39,623 nucleotides of DNA from Pseudomonadota bacterium (GTDB lineage: Bacteria > Pseudomonadota > Gammaproteobacteria > Competibacterales > Competibacteraceae), in the NCBI GenBank assembly GCA_029780415.1, contig JAKOYN010000073.1:1-39623 (forward strand), read 5' to 3'. The first letter of the stretch is position 1; the number at the start of each line of letters is the position of its first letter. The notes beneath the pieces are model-generated. The model was given only the letters and a program-made list of their open reading frames with translations, searched no databases and had not been told where the DNA came from. This document shows, in pieces, positions 28,876 through 39,623 of the stretch. The translations under genes and the position numbers were made by a program.

Positions 28876-30057
28876 TCAGTCGTTAGCGCGCTGTTCCAGC
28901 ATCGCCACCGCGGGCAGCACCTTGCCTTCCAGGAATTCCAGAAATGCGCCGCCCGCCGTAGAGATGTAGGACACCTTGTCATAAATGTCGTACTTCTGAA
29001 TCGCGGCGATGGTGTCGCCGCCGCCGGCCAGCGTGAAGGCCTGAGTGTTGGCAATCGCCATGGCGATGGTCTTGGTACCCTCGCCGAACTGGTCGAACTC
29101 GAACACACCAACCGGACCGTTCCAGACCACGGTGCCGGCCTTCATGATGATGTCGGCCAGTTCCTGGGCGCTCTGCGGGCCAATATCGAAGATCATGTCG
29201 TCATCAGCAACCGCACCGGCATCCTTCAGCACCGCCGGTTCCGCCGCATCGAACTGCTTGCCGCAGACCACATCAACCGCGATCGGAATGGTCGCGCCGC
29301 GCGCGGTCATCTTCTCGATCAACATCTGGGCGGTCGGCACCAGATCATCCTCGCACAGCGACTTGCCGACGTTCTTGCCGGTGGCCTTCAGGAAGGTATT
29401 GGCGATACCACCGCCCACCACAAGCTGGTCAACCTTCTCCGACAGGCTTTCCAGCACGGTCAGCTTGGTCGACACCTTGGAGCCGCCGACGATCGCGACC
29501 AGCGGTCGGGCCGGCTTGGCCAGCGCCTTGGTCAACGCATCCAGTTCCTCAGTCAGCAGGATGCCGGCGCAGGCCACCGGTGCGAACTTGGCGACGCCAT
29601 GGGTGGAAGCCTCGGCACGATGCGCGGTACCAAAAGCGTCCATAACGAAGATATCGCACAGGGCAGCATACTTCCTGGCCGTGTCCTCGACGTTCTTCTT
29701 TTCGCCCTTGTTGATGCGGCAGTTTTCCAGCAGCACCACTTCACCGGCGGCAACGTCAAAGCCACCATTGACCCAGTCACGGATTACCCGCACCGGCTTG
29801 CCCAGCTTGGCGGCCATCACATCGGCAACCGGCTGCAGCGAGTTTTCCTCGGAGAACTCGCCCTCAGTAGGCCGGCCCAGATGCGAGGTGACCATCACTT
29901 TGGCGCCAGCCTTCAGCGCGAACTCGATGGTCGGCATCGACGCGGTGATGCGCGCGTCGGAGGTGACCTTGCCGTTCTTGACCGGCACATTCAGGTCGGC
30001 GCGGATAAACACTCGCTTGCCGGCCAGGTCGAGATCGGTCATACGCTTGAAATTCAT
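28876..30057 (-). CDS. pgk: Phosphoglycerate kinase
   Basis: [26 protein letters not shown] aligns with the canonical Pgk N-terminus. The start is the second ATG, which has an AAGAGG Shine-Dalgarno at 9 nt. An alternative start is at 30066. Confidence 0.9.
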   Translation of the reverse strand: MNFKRMTDLDLAGKRVFIRADLNVPVKNGKVTSDARITASMPTIEFALKAGAKVMVTSHLGRPTEGEFSEENSLQPVADVMAAKLGKPVRVIRDWVNGGFDVAAGEVVLLENCRINKGEKKNVEDTARKYAALCDIFVMDAFGTAHRAEASTHGVAKFAPVACAGILLTEELDALTKALAKPARPLVAIVGGSKVSTKLTVLESLSEKVDQLVVGGGIANTFLKATGKNVGKSLCEDDLVPTAQMLIEKMTARGATIPIAVDVVCGKQFDAAEPAVLKDAGAVADDDMIFDIGPQSAQELADIIMKAGTVVWNGPVGVFEFDQFGEGTKTIAMAIANTQAFTLAGGGDTIAAIQKYDIYDKVSYISTAGGAFLEFLEGKVLPAVAMLEQRAND

Positions 30058-30074
30058 CTGGATCATCCTCTTTG

Positions 30075-30112
30075 CAAATAAAACCCCCGTCTACCTGCGA
30101 CAGGCAACGGGG
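30075..30112 (-). terminator. Rho-independent terminator downstream of gap
   Basis: On the minus strand, CCCCCGTtgcctgtcgcaggtagACGGGGG is followed by TTTTATTT. Confidence 0.8.
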
Positions 30113-30159
30113 GCACGGGACCTCAGTTCAACACGGGACCGCCACGGCGTGGCGCGTGC

Positions 30160-31227
<1,068 letters not shown>

Positions 31228-31282
31228 CTACAGGCATTCTAAACTGTAGCCGGTTCTGGCAAAAAATCTGGGGAACACGGGC

Positions 31283-33373
31283 CTAGTCAGCGAGCAGCGC
31301 CGTCACGGCGGCTGCCACCCGGGCAACGTTAAACCCGAAATACTCGAAGATGACTTCCGGCGGGCCGGATTCACCGAAACGGTCAATGCCGATCACCGTG
31401 CCCTGCATGCCGGCGTACTTATACCAGGGCGCAGTCACTCCAGCTTCCACCACCACGCGCCGGGTTACCGCCGCTGGCAGCACCGCTTCGCGCCAGGCCG
31501 CATCCTGGGCCTCGAATACGTCCACCGATGGCATCGACACCACGCGCACCCGCCGGCCCTGGCCGTTGAGCTGGCGCGCTGCATCGACCGCCAGCGCCAC
31601 TTCGGAACCGGTGGCAATGATGATCGCCTCCGGCGTGCCGTCCACATCCAGCAGCACATAGCCACCCCGGGCGATACCTCGTACCTGCTCGGGCGTGCGG
31701 GTCTGATGCGACAGCTTCTGCCGGGTCAGCACCAGACAGGTCGGCCCATCACGCCGCTCCAGGGCTGCCTTCCAGGCCACAGCGGTTTCCACGGCATCGC
31801 AACTGCGCCACAGCGACAATCCCGGCACCAGGCGCAGGCTGGCAATCTGCTCGATCGGCTGGTGGGTTGGACCATCGCCGCCGACGCCGATCGAGTCGTG
31901 GGTGAGCACGAACACGCAGCGCAGATTCATCAGCGCAGCCATACGCATGGCGTTGCGGCCATAGTCGGAGAACATCAGGAAGGTGCCGCCGAAGGGAATG
32001 AAGCCGCCGTGCAGCGCCAGACCGTTCATAATGGCGTACATGGCGAATTCCCGGGCACCGTAGTAGATCAGGTTGCCGTCGGGACGAGCGCGACTCAGCC
32101 CCTGACAGCCCTGCCAGGGAATACCGTTGGATTCGGTCAGGTCCGCCGAGCCGCCAATCAGGCTCGGGAACAGCGGTCCGTAGGCATTCAGCGCCCGCTG
32201 CGAGGCAATGCGGGTGGCCAACGCCTCGCCACCGTCCTGGGTCGCCTGAATGAAGGACCAGGCCTGCGCTTCCCAGTCGGCCGGGAAGTTGCCGCTCAGG
32301 CGTTGCAGCAGTTCCGCCGCCAGTTCCGGATAGGCGGCCTGATAGGCGCTGAACAGTGCATTCCAGCTCGCCTCCCAGTCAGCACCCTTGGCGCGGGCAT
32401 CGAAGGCGCGATAAATCTCCGGCGGAATCACGAACGGTTCATGGGTCCAGCCCAGCGCTTCGCGGGTCGCGGCCACCTCGGCGGCACCCAGCGGCGCGCC
32501 ATGCGACTTCTCGCTGCCCGCCTTGCCCGGTGAGCCCCAGGCGATGGTGGTCTTGCAGCAGATCAGGGTCGGTGCATCGCCGAAGGCGCGGGCCTGCTCG
32601 ATGGCGGCATGCACCGCCGCCGCGTCATGGCCATCGACATTGGGAATGACATGCCAGCCAAAGGCAGTAAAGCAGCCCGGTATATCTTCGGTGAACCAGC
32701 CACTGACCGGACCGTCGATGGAAATACCGTTGTCGTCATACAGACAGATCAGCTTGCCCAGCCCCAGGGTGCCGGCCAGCGATGCCGCCTCGTAGGACAC
32801 GCCTTCCATCAGGCAGCCATCGCCGAGGAACACATAAGTGTAATGGTCGATGATCGGGTAGCCGGGGCGGTTGTAGCGGGCCGCCAGGGCGCGCTCAGCA
32901 ATCGCCATGCCCACGGCATTGGTAATACCCTGACCCAGCGGCCCGGTGGTGGTTTCCACGCCCGGGGTGTGTCCGTATTCAGGGTGACCGGGCGTTTTCG
33001 CACCCAGTTGCCGGAAGTTGCGCAGGTCGTCGATGCTCAGCTCATAGCCACTCAGGTGCAGCAGGGAATACAGCAGCATCGAGGCATGGCCGTTGGACAG
33101 CACCAGACGGTCACGGTTGATCCAGTCGGGATTGCCGGGGTTGTGGCGCAGAAAGTCGTTCCACAGCACTTCGGCAAAATCCGCCATCCCCATCGGGGCA
33201 CCAGGATGACCGGATTCCGCCCGTTGCACCGCGTCCATGCTCAGGGCGCGGATGGCATTCGCCCGCTCCCGACGCAACAGTGGGAAGGAGTCCTGGCCCA
33301 CCGGGCCGGAAGCGACCGGTGCCCCGGTCATGGTGTCCACCAGGCAACGGGCGGCCAATTCGCTCGAGGGCAT
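31283..33373 (-). CDS. tkt: Transketolase
   Basis: ...[35 protein letters not shown] is the canonical N-terminal region and a ThDP-binding domain follows. The start is at ATG 33373 with an AGGAGAG Shine-Dalgarno. This start adds an N-terminal extension of ~22-36 aa relative to the canonical N-terminus. Confidence 0.85.
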   Translation of the reverse strand: MPSSELAARCLVDTMTGAPVASGPVGQDSFPLLRRERANAIRALSMDAVQRAESGHPGAPMGMADFAEVLWNDFLRHNPGNPDWINRDRLVLSNGHASMLLYSLLHLSGYELSIDDLRNFRQLGAKTPGHPEYGHTPGVETTTGPLGQGITNAVGMAIAERALAARYNRPGYPIIDHYTYVFLGDGCLMEGVSYEAASLAGTLGLGKLICLYDDNGISIDGPVSGWFTEDIPGCFTAFGWHVIPNVDGHDAAAVHAAIEQARAFGDAPTLICCKTTIAWGSPGKAGSEKSHGAPLGAAEVAATREALGWTHEPFVIPPEIYRAFDARAKGADWEASWNALFSAYQAAYPELAAELLQRLSGNFPADWEAQAWSFIQATQDGGEALATRIASQRALNAYGPLFPSLIGGSADLTESNGIPWQGCQGLSRARPDGNLIYYGAREFAMYAIMNGLALHGGFIPFGGTFLMFSDYGRNAMRMAALMNLRCVFVLTHDSIGVGGDGPTHQPIEQIASLRLVPGLSLWRSCDAVETAVAWKAALERRDGPTCLVLTRQKLSHQTRTPEQVRGIARGGYVLLDVDGTPEAIIIATGSEVALAVDAARQLNGQGRRVRVVSMPSVDVFEAQDAAWREAVLPAAVTRRVVVEAGVTAPWYKYAGMQGTVIGIDRFGESGPPEVIFEYFGFNVARVAAAVTALLAD

Positions 33374-33652
33374 TAATTCTCTCTCCTACAATGCACAGCA
33401 GCTCAAAAAAACAACCGGAAATTTACCGGGCGAAGCGCGCGCCGGTCTCGCGGGCACACCGCAACCGGCTGCACACAGCGCTTGCGTCACTCTCGTGGGA
33501 CGTTCACCGGGAAGATTGCAAGGGATGTCCAATCAGGGCTCCAGCTCCAGCAGGGAGCTGGCTGGCCGAAAAATGGCCGCGATTATAGGGAAAATCCCGT
33601 TGAACGCCAATCCATAATCCACTACGCCCGCCACCAGGCTCCAGAACAGGCC

Positions 33653-34828
33653 TCAATCACGGCGCAGGCTGTCGGAAATGGCCACCGGAGTCGGATAGCT
33701 CAGCACCAGGTAATAGGTCGAGGCAATAAAGGTCAGCAACGTAGTTGCCTGCACCAGATAGGAGGCCTCGCGACCAATCAACTGGTTCTGCTGGGCCAGC
33801 ACCGCAATCAGCAGGGCGAATTCACTGACCTGCCCCAGGCGCACCCCGACCTCCATGGCAATGCGCGGCCGCTCACCAGCCCACTGCAGGAAACCACGGA
33901 ACACCCAGGGCTTGGCGACCAGCAGCAGCACGCCCAGCACCAGGGTCGGCAGGAACACCGCGCCCAGCATGCCACGATCGAAGCCGGCGCCCAGCGAGAA
34001 GAAAAACAGCACCAGAAAGAAATCGCGCAGCGGCTTCAGACTCTCGGCAATGTACAGGGCAATCGGGCTGGTCGCCAGCGCCACTCCGCCGATAAAGGCG
34101 CCGATGGCATAGGACAGGCCGAGCAGCGCCGCCAGCTCGGAGATGCACAGACACCAGCCAATGGCGGTCAGGAAGATATATTCGCGAATCTTGTCGAAGC
34201 GCAGAATCAGTGGAATCAGCACATAACGCGAACCGAGGTAGGCAAAACCGAGCAGGATGGGCAGGGTCACCATCAGCAAACCCAGGCCCTGCAGGGTGGA
34301 ACCGCGCCCGCCCAGACCTTCGAGCAATAGCAATACGGCGATCGCCAGCAGATCCTGCAGCAGCAGAATACTGATAATGATTTCGCCGGTATGCTGATGG
34401 TGCAGGGTACGCGTCGGCAGCAGCTTCAGGCCAATGATGGTGCTGGAAAAGGTCACCGCCGTGCCGACCAGCAGGCATTCGCCGGGCGTATAGCCAAACA
34501 GCCAGGCCACCGCGCCGCCGATCAGCGCGAATATCAGCGAGGTGCCCAGGGTAATGGCCATGGCCTTGCGCAGCATCTGCAACAGGCGCTGCGGCGACAG
34601 ATCCAGCCCGAGCAGGAACAGCAGGAACATGATGCCGATCTGCGCCATCTCTTCGATGGCCGAAGCGTTATTGATCCAGCCATAACCATAAGGGCCGATG
34701 AAAATACCCAGCACGATATAGGCGATCGGCAGGGCCTGGCGCGCGTACAACGCCAAGGTCGCGAATACCGCCGCACCGGTAAAAATCAGGAACAGGGAAA
34801 AAACAAGCGGGTTCTGGGCATCATGCAT
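33653..34828 (-). CDS. Monovalent cation:proton antiporter (CPA family membrane domain)
   Basis: About 12 TM helices are present, including LLFLLGLDLSPQRL and FSSTIIGLKLL. The start was chosen at MHDAQNPLVF just before the first TM helix. A longer ORF runs to 34957. Confidence 0.7.
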   Translation of the reverse strand: MHDAQNPLVFSLFLIFTGAAVFATLALYARQALPIAYIVLGIFIGPYGYGWINNASAIEEMAQIGIMFLLFLLGLDLSPQRLLQMLRKAMAITLGTSLIFALIGGAVAWLFGYTPGECLLVGTAVTFSSTIIGLKLLPTRTLHHQHTGEIIISILLLQDLLAIAVLLLLEGLGGRGSTLQGLGLLMVTLPILLGFAYLGSRYVLIPLILRFDKIREYIFLTAIGWCLCISELAALLGLSYAIGAFIGGVALATSPIALYIAESLKPLRDFFLVLFFFSLGAGFDRGMLGAVFLPTLVLGVLLLVAKPWVFRGFLQWAGERPRIAMEVGVRLGQVSEFALLIAVLAQQNQLIGREASYLVQATTLLTFIASTYYLVLSYPTPVAISDSLRRD

Positions 34829-34987
34829 AACAGGGTTCGCAGCAGTCCAAAATGCGCGGCGTCCGGATGGGCGCGGTAGCATGTCCCGGTCAAGCATGCC
34901 ACGATCCACACCCAAGCTGCTAGGCGCCATTCCCTCCCAGCGCGGCAACCGTGTCATAATTCACCATTCTGCCGCCCGCCACGCACG

Positions 34988-35614
34988 ATGACCTTGCCCG
35001 ACCACCCCTCCCTTGCCCTGCAACCCACACCCCGCTGGCGGCAGTACGCCACGCGCCATGCGTGCGACCTGCCACCGGAACTGGTGTCATGGCTGCTGGA
35101 TACCGGCTCGCTGACCCGACGCCTGCGCCAGGACTGTCCCGGCTGCTTTCAGGTGCGCGTGCTCTGGCAGGGCTGGAGCCGGCCCAGCCGCGACGAGGCG
35201 CAAACCCTGCAACTGCAACCTCATGCTCTGGTCTGGACGCGCGAGGTGCAATTACTCTGCGGTGGCCAGGCGCGGGTCTTTGCCCGGACCCTGGTCCCGG
35301 TCTCCACCCTGCGCGGTCGCGGGCGACATCTCACCCGGCTGGGCAGCCGACCGCTCGGCGAGGTGCTCTTCACCGATCCCGGCGTGGACCGTGGCCCGCT
35401 GCGGATCGCTCGCCTCAGCGCCGGCCATCCGCTGTACCAGCGCGCCTGCGCCGGCCTGAACACCGCCCCCGACCGGCTCTGGGGGCGACGCTCCATCTTT
35501 CGCATCGACGGTTGCCCGCTGCTGGTCTGCGAGATCTTTCTGCCCGTGCCAGCCCCGGACGCCGCAGCCGTCGAACGCCTCGGGGTGCCCGATGATGAAC
35601 ATCGACCGCTTTGA
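34988..35614 (+). CDS. ubiC: Chorismate pyruvate-lyase
   Basis: The ~208-aa protein with [13 protein letters not shown] and ...[20 protein letters not shown] resembles UbiC. It lies directly upstream of ubiA and overlaps it. Confidence 0.75.
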   Translation: MTLPDHPSLALQPTPRWRQYATRHACDLPPELVSWLLDTGSLTRRLRQDCPGCFQVRVLWQGWSRPSRDEAQTLQLQPHALVWTREVQLLCGGQARVFARTLVPVSTLRGRGRHLTRLGSRPLGEVLFTDPGVDRGPLRIARLSAGHPLYQRACAGLNTAPDRLWGRRSIFRIDGCPLLVCEIFLPVPAPDAAAVERLGVPDDEHRPL

Positions 35615-36476
35615 AAATCGCCTGGGCGAATATGCCCTGCTGATGCGCCTGCACCGGCCCATCGGCATCTACCTGCTGCTCTGGCCGACGCTGTGGGCGC
35701 TGTGGCTGGCCGGCCAGGGCCAACCGCCGCGCGGCGTGGTGCTGGTCTTTGTGCTCGGCGTGGTACTGATGCGCTCGGCTGGCTGCGTCATCAACGACAT
35801 CGCCGACCGCAAGTTCGACCCGCATGTCACGCGTACCCGCGACCGGCCGCTGGCGGCAGGCCGGGTCAGCCTCAGCGAAGCGATCGCCCTGCTGCTGACC
35901 TTATGCCTGCTGGCCTTTGCCCTGGTGCTGACCCAGAACACGCTGACTATTCAGCTCGCCTTTGCCGGGCTGGCCCTGGCGCTGAGCTATCCATTCATGA
36001 AGCGCTTTCACTCACTGCCACAGGTACATCTTGGCGCAGCCTTTGGCTGGGCGATTCCGATGGCCTACGCAGCGGTAATCGGCGAGCTGCCGGCGGTAGC
36101 CTGGCTGCTGTTCCTGGGCAATGTGCTCTGGTCGGTGATCTACGATACCCAGTACGCCATGGTGGATCGCGAGGATGATTTGCGCATTGGCGTCAAGTCC
36201 ACCGCTATCCTGTTTGGCAAACACGACCGGCGCATCATCGGCTACCTGCAGATCGCGCTGCTGGCAGTACTGATTCTGATCGGGCTGCTGGCAGGGCGCG
36301 GCGGCGCCTATTACCTGGGCCTGTTCGTGGCAGCCTGGTTCGCCCTTTACCAGCAGTATCTGATCCGCAATCGGGAACCGGCGGCCTGCTTCCAGGCTTT
36401 TCTCAACAACAACGGTTTTGGCCTGACCGTGTTTTGCGGCCTGTTGCTCGACTTTCTGCCAGCGGGCGCGCCATGA
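35592..36476 (+). CDS. ubiA: 4-hydroxybenzoate polyprenyltransferase
   Basis: The protein contains NDIADRKFD and [13 protein letters not shown], the UbiA prenyltransferase Asp-rich motifs. It has ~9 TM helices and is 294 aa long. Confidence 0.9.
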   Translation: MMNIDRFENRLGEYALLMRLHRPIGIYLLLWPTLWALWLAGQGQPPRGVVLVFVLGVVLMRSAGCVINDIADRKFDPHVTRTRDRPLAAGRVSLSEAIALLLTLCLLAFALVLTQNTLTIQLAFAGLALALSYPFMKRFHSLPQVHLGAAFGWAIPMAYAAVIGELPAVAWLLFLGNVLWSVIYDTQYAMVDREDDLRIGVKSTAILFGKHDRRIIGYLQIALLAVLILIGLLAGRGGAYYLGLFVAAWFALYQQYLIRNREPAACFQAFLNNNGFGLTVFCGLLLDFLPAGAP

Positions 36477-37324
36477 CCGGTACAGCGCTGGAACTGAGCA
36501 CCCCTTATCTGCGGCTGGCAGCGCGCGCCTGGGGACCGGCGGATGGCCTGCCGGTGCTGGCGGTGCATGGCTGGCTGGATAATGCCGCCAGCTTCGACGC
36601 ATTGGCGCCACTGCTGCCGGAGCTGCGTCTGGTGGCGCTGGACCTGCCCGGCCATGGCCACTCCGCGCACCGGCCACCGGGCACGCACTATCACTTCGTC
36701 GATTTCGTGCCCGACGTGGTCGCTGCCGCCGATGCACTGGGCTGGTCGCGCTTTGCCCTGCTCGGCCATTCCATGGGCGGCGGCATTGCCAGTTTCCTGG
36801 CCGCAGCGCTGCCGGAACGGGTCACGCATCTGGCGCTGATCGAGGGCCTTGGCCCGCCGACCAGCAATCCGGCCGACGGCCCCGATCACCTGGTCAAGGC
36901 CATGGCGCAGATGAACGCCCTGACTCACAAGCGGCTGCCGCTCTATGCCAGCATCGAAGCGGCCATTCAGGCACGCTGCGAAGCAGGCGGCCTATCGTGG
37001 CAGGCAGCGGCCATCCTGGTTGAGCGCGGACTGCAGGCGGTCGAGGGCGGTTTCCGCTGGCGCAGCGATCCACGCCTGCGTTTCGTCTCACCGCTCTACC
37101 TGAGCGAGCCGCAGATTCTCGCCTACATGGAACGGATCACTGCCCCAGCTCTGCTGCTGTGCGGCGATGCCGGCTATCTGATCAGCCGCGCCTACATGCA
37201 GGAGCGCTATGCGCGCATTGCCCGGCTGTGCATCCACATTCTGCCCGGCGGCCACCACCCGCATCTTGAAGACCCCGCACCCTGCGCGCGGCTGCTGCGG
37301 ACCTTCTTCGCCAGCACGCCTTGA
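36473..37324 (+). CDS. Alpha/beta-hydrolase fold protein
   Basis: The oxyanion/HG motif is LAVHGWLDN and the nucleophile elbow is GHSMGG. The ATG overlaps the ubiA stop (ATGA). Confidence 0.8.
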   Translation: MTGTALELSTPYLRLAARAWGPADGLPVLAVHGWLDNAASFDALAPLLPELRLVALDLPGHGHSAHRPPGTHYHFVDFVPDVVAAADALGWSRFALLGHSMGGGIASFLAAALPERVTHLALIEGLGPPTSNPADGPDHLVKAMAQMNALTHKRLPLYASIEAAIQARCEAGGLSWQAAAILVERGLQAVEGGFRWRSDPRLRFVSPLYLSEPQILAYMERITAPALLLCGDAGYLISRAYMQERYARIARLCIHILPGGHHPHLEDPAPCARLLRTFFASTP

Positions 37325-37627
37325 ACGCGGACCGCACTTTCCCCTGTCCCTAAAAATCAACATTGGCAGCCTGTACAGTCGCTGCCGCATAATATTCATC
37401 GCGGCATCACAACCGCTGAAAAAATGTTTTTCGCCTCATATCTGATACTAAAAAAATAACTCCATGGCATCGGCAGCGTTTGACATCCGGGCTGGCCGCA
37501 ACACCCGATGCGCCGTCATCGCGCTGACGCATCCGGGCATTGGTTACAAACAGCATCCAGTACGCCAGACCCCGCAGTTTTTGTCAGCGCCACTCCTGCT
37601 GATCCCAGAACCTAAAGGATTTCACCC

Positions 37628-38545
37628 ATGCTGCTTTCCAGATCAAGCCTTAAGCTCAAGTTCTCACTGGTGTTCTTCCTGACCGTGTTTTTGGTAGTCG
37701 TCGCGCTGCTCATTGGCGTGCAGTCGCTTAAAACCCGTCAGTTGCGCAACGAAGCCATGGCCGTGGCCGAACAGGTGGTAGCCTTTCGGGCCTGGGTCGC
37801 CAACACGGGCGTGGTCTGGGTGGATCACCTGGCGCCCGAATTCCGCGACTATTTGAGCCGGCGCGCCAGTGGCGATAAAACCCTGGAGTTCTTTTCCAAG
37901 AATCCGGCGCTGGCCACCCGCGAACTGTCGGATATCGTCAGCAAAACCGCCACCCGCGCCACCTTCCGCGTTACCAGCGACGAATACCGCAACCCGGCCA
38001 ACGCACCCGACGCCTTTGAAACCAGCGCCATTCAGCTGTTCAAGGACAGCAAGGATGCCAAGCAGGAATACCGCGAGGCCTTCGAGAGCGGTCAATATCG
38101 CTATGCCCAGCCAATCTTCGTGCAGCAGTCCTGCCTGAAGTGCCACGGCGATCCCAAGGATGCACCGCCGGATGTGATTGAAAAGTACGGCAGTCAGAAA
38201 GCCTTCGGCTACAAGGTCGGCGATGTGCGCGGCATCATCAGCGTCAAGCTGCCCGATATGACCGTACTCGACGTGGTCAGGACGTTCCTCAATCCCTACA
38301 CCATCGGCCTGATCCTGCTGGCGTTCCTGCTCAACTTTGTCTATTTGCGCCAGACGCTGATTGTCCGCCTGGAACGGCTGGCCAAGACCACCGAGAGCAT
38401 TGCCGCCGGTCAGATGGACCTGCCGCTGGAAGCCCGCACCGACAGTCACGACGAAGTCGATCACGTCACCCGCGCCGTTGATCTGCTCCGCAACAGTGTG
38501 GTCGTAGCGATGCGCCGGCTGCAGAAGAACCTGTCGCAACCCTGA
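37628..38545 (+). CDS. Membrane sensor with a periplasmic DUF3365-like c-type-haem domain and a cytoplasmic HAMP domain, no output domain
   Basis: An N-terminal TM helix is followed by a periplasmic region with a CxxCH haem c motif (SCLKCHGDP). A second TM helix (IGLILLAFLLNFVYL) and a HAMP-like segment (LIVRLERLAKTTESIAAGQMDLPLEA) follow. The protein ends ~50 aa later. Confidence 0.7.
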   Translation: MLLSRSSLKLKFSLVFFLTVFLVVVALLIGVQSLKTRQLRNEAMAVAEQVVAFRAWVANTGVVWVDHLAPEFRDYLSRRASGDKTLEFFSKNPALATRELSDIVSKTATRATFRVTSDEYRNPANAPDAFETSAIQLFKDSKDAKQEYREAFESGQYRYAQPIFVQQSCLKCHGDPKDAPPDVIEKYGSQKAFGYKVGDVRGIISVKLPDMTVLDVVRTFLNPYTIGLILLAFLLNFVYLRQTLIVRLERLAKTTESIAAGQMDLPLEARTDSHDEVDHVTRAVDLLRNSVVVAMRRLQKNLSQP

Positions 38546-38609
38546 AAACCAGCGCGGCGCGGGAGCATGCCCTTGCCTCCCCGCCGCCAGCCTCATCCGA
38601 GACGCCCGC

Positions 38610-39146
38610 ATGAGTCAAGAATCGCTTTCCCTGCCGGCCATCGTCGAATACCTGCGCACACTCTGTGAAGCCCGGCGCACCGGCACCCTGTTCATCATGA
38701 ACAATACCCACCTGCTCGCGCAGATCGGCCTCGATAACGGCACTATCGTGTTTCTGTTCTCCCAGGGCCGCCAAGGCATGAATGCCGTGCCGGTCATCAG
38801 CGCGGTCGCCAGCGGTGAAATTTCTTTCAAGGAAGGCACGGTACCGTCGCTGCGCACCACGCTAGCGCCCACTGCGGAGATTCTGCGCCAGCTTGAGGAT
38901 ACGGTGCACAACGCCGCCATCGGCGATCCGCGTTCCAGCCTGAACCGGCCACTGACGGACACCGCCAAGCTGGTGCTGGAAGAAACACTCAAGGAATTCA
39001 TCGGCCCCATCGCCAGCCTGATCTGTGCCGATCATTTCAGCAAAATCGCCAGCCTCGACGCGGTCATCGCTGCCATGGCCGAGGAAATCCCCAATCCAGC
39101 CGCCGCGACCCGTTTCCGCGCCCTGGCGCAACAGCGTCTGAGTTGA
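38610..39146 (+). CDS. DUF4388-domain protein
   Basis: LRTLCEARRTGTLFIMNNTHLLAQIGLDNGTIVFLFSQG matches the GxL...G.I.F..G pattern of DUF4388. It is 178 aa long and lies immediately downstream of the HAMP sensor. Confidence 0.5.
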   Translation: MSQESLSLPAIVEYLRTLCEARRTGTLFIMNNTHLLAQIGLDNGTIVFLFSQGRQGMNAVPVISAVASGEISFKEGTVPSLRTTLAPTAEILRQLEDTVHNAAIGDPRSSLNRPLTDTAKLVLEETLKEFIGPIASLICADHFSKIASLDAVIAAMAEEIPNPAAATRFRALAQQRLS

Positions 39147-39285
39147 GCGGCCGGCCAGATGCCCGCTCAGGGGCACTGCCGCTCACCGCGCCCGCAGGCG
39201 CGGCATGGTGCACAATTCTGGTAAAGTTACCCGTCATCAGAATTGCGCGAGAAGCCCCGCTGTTTACGGCGGGGAGGGATAGCGC

Positions 39286-39310
39286 ACCGCGCACAGCGCG
39301 GTCAGCTTTT
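39286..39310 (+). terminator. Candidate intrinsic terminator ~140 bp downstream of the DUF4388 gene
   Basis: ACCGCGC-aca-GCGCGGT is followed by cagcTTTT. The T-run is short. Confidence 0.35.
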
Positions 39311-39623
39311 GGGTTGAATTGAGTCATAACTTCCTATGTAATCAGACCTAATGCACATAGGCACCCTCGCGGTAAACCGTTTCCCGTGCAGAAAAATACT
39401 GGCGCTGTTCGTCTGAGTGGAACAATCCACACGGGTCGCAATCGATCAAGACTCGGAACGAAGAGCGAGGTCGCTCTGCTTCAACGCAGCCCCTTGATCC
39501 GGGGTGTCAACCGACCTAACGGGTACGCATGTTATGCCAGGAATCCATGCTTGAATGCCCAATGCAGCGTGCAATGACGACAAGGGACCGTCCGAGCACA
39601 GCCGCAAGCCCCGCCCTAAAGGG

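Overview
This is a high-GC (~65%) proteobacterial chromosomal window. Gene order suggests a beta- or gammaproteobacterium, but that is inference only. Most of it is conserved housekeeping: an EamA transporter fragment, a PstS-like ORF plus an outer-membrane barrel plus a GGDEF-EAL sensor, a flotillin, a fused 5-oxoprolinase, a thioesterase, an AcuC-type deacetylase, glyA-nrdR-ribD-ribE-ribBA-ribH-nusB, parE, then pgk-gap-tkt, a cation:proton antiporter, ubiC-ubiA, a hydrolase, and a c-type-haem DUF3365-HAMP sensor with a DUF4388 partner. Between parE (~19.8 kb) and the pgk terminator (~28.86 kb) sits a ~9 kb accessory island. It contains a perfect sigma-54 promoter driving three tandem paralogous small secreted proteins. 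Each has a Sec signal peptide followed by a conserved double-glycine-type (Ala-Gly) leader-like segment. Downstream are a Cys-rich secreted protein, a standalone periplasmic C39-like cysteine peptidase, an outer-membrane barrel with an N-terminal periplasmic coiled coil (FapF-like architecture), a convergent PEP-CTERM-like protein, and an AT-rich, horizontally acquired sigma-54 enhancer-binding protein with a degenerate receiver domain. I interpret this as a candidate undescribed sigma-54-controlled, two-step (Sec then periplasmic C39) processing and secretion module. It is related in architecture to FapD/FapF but has non-Fap substrates. Other items are a CRISPR-like two-repeat mini-array next to the pgk terminator, several intrinsic terminators, and an unresolved hairpin-rich region at the 3' end of the window.
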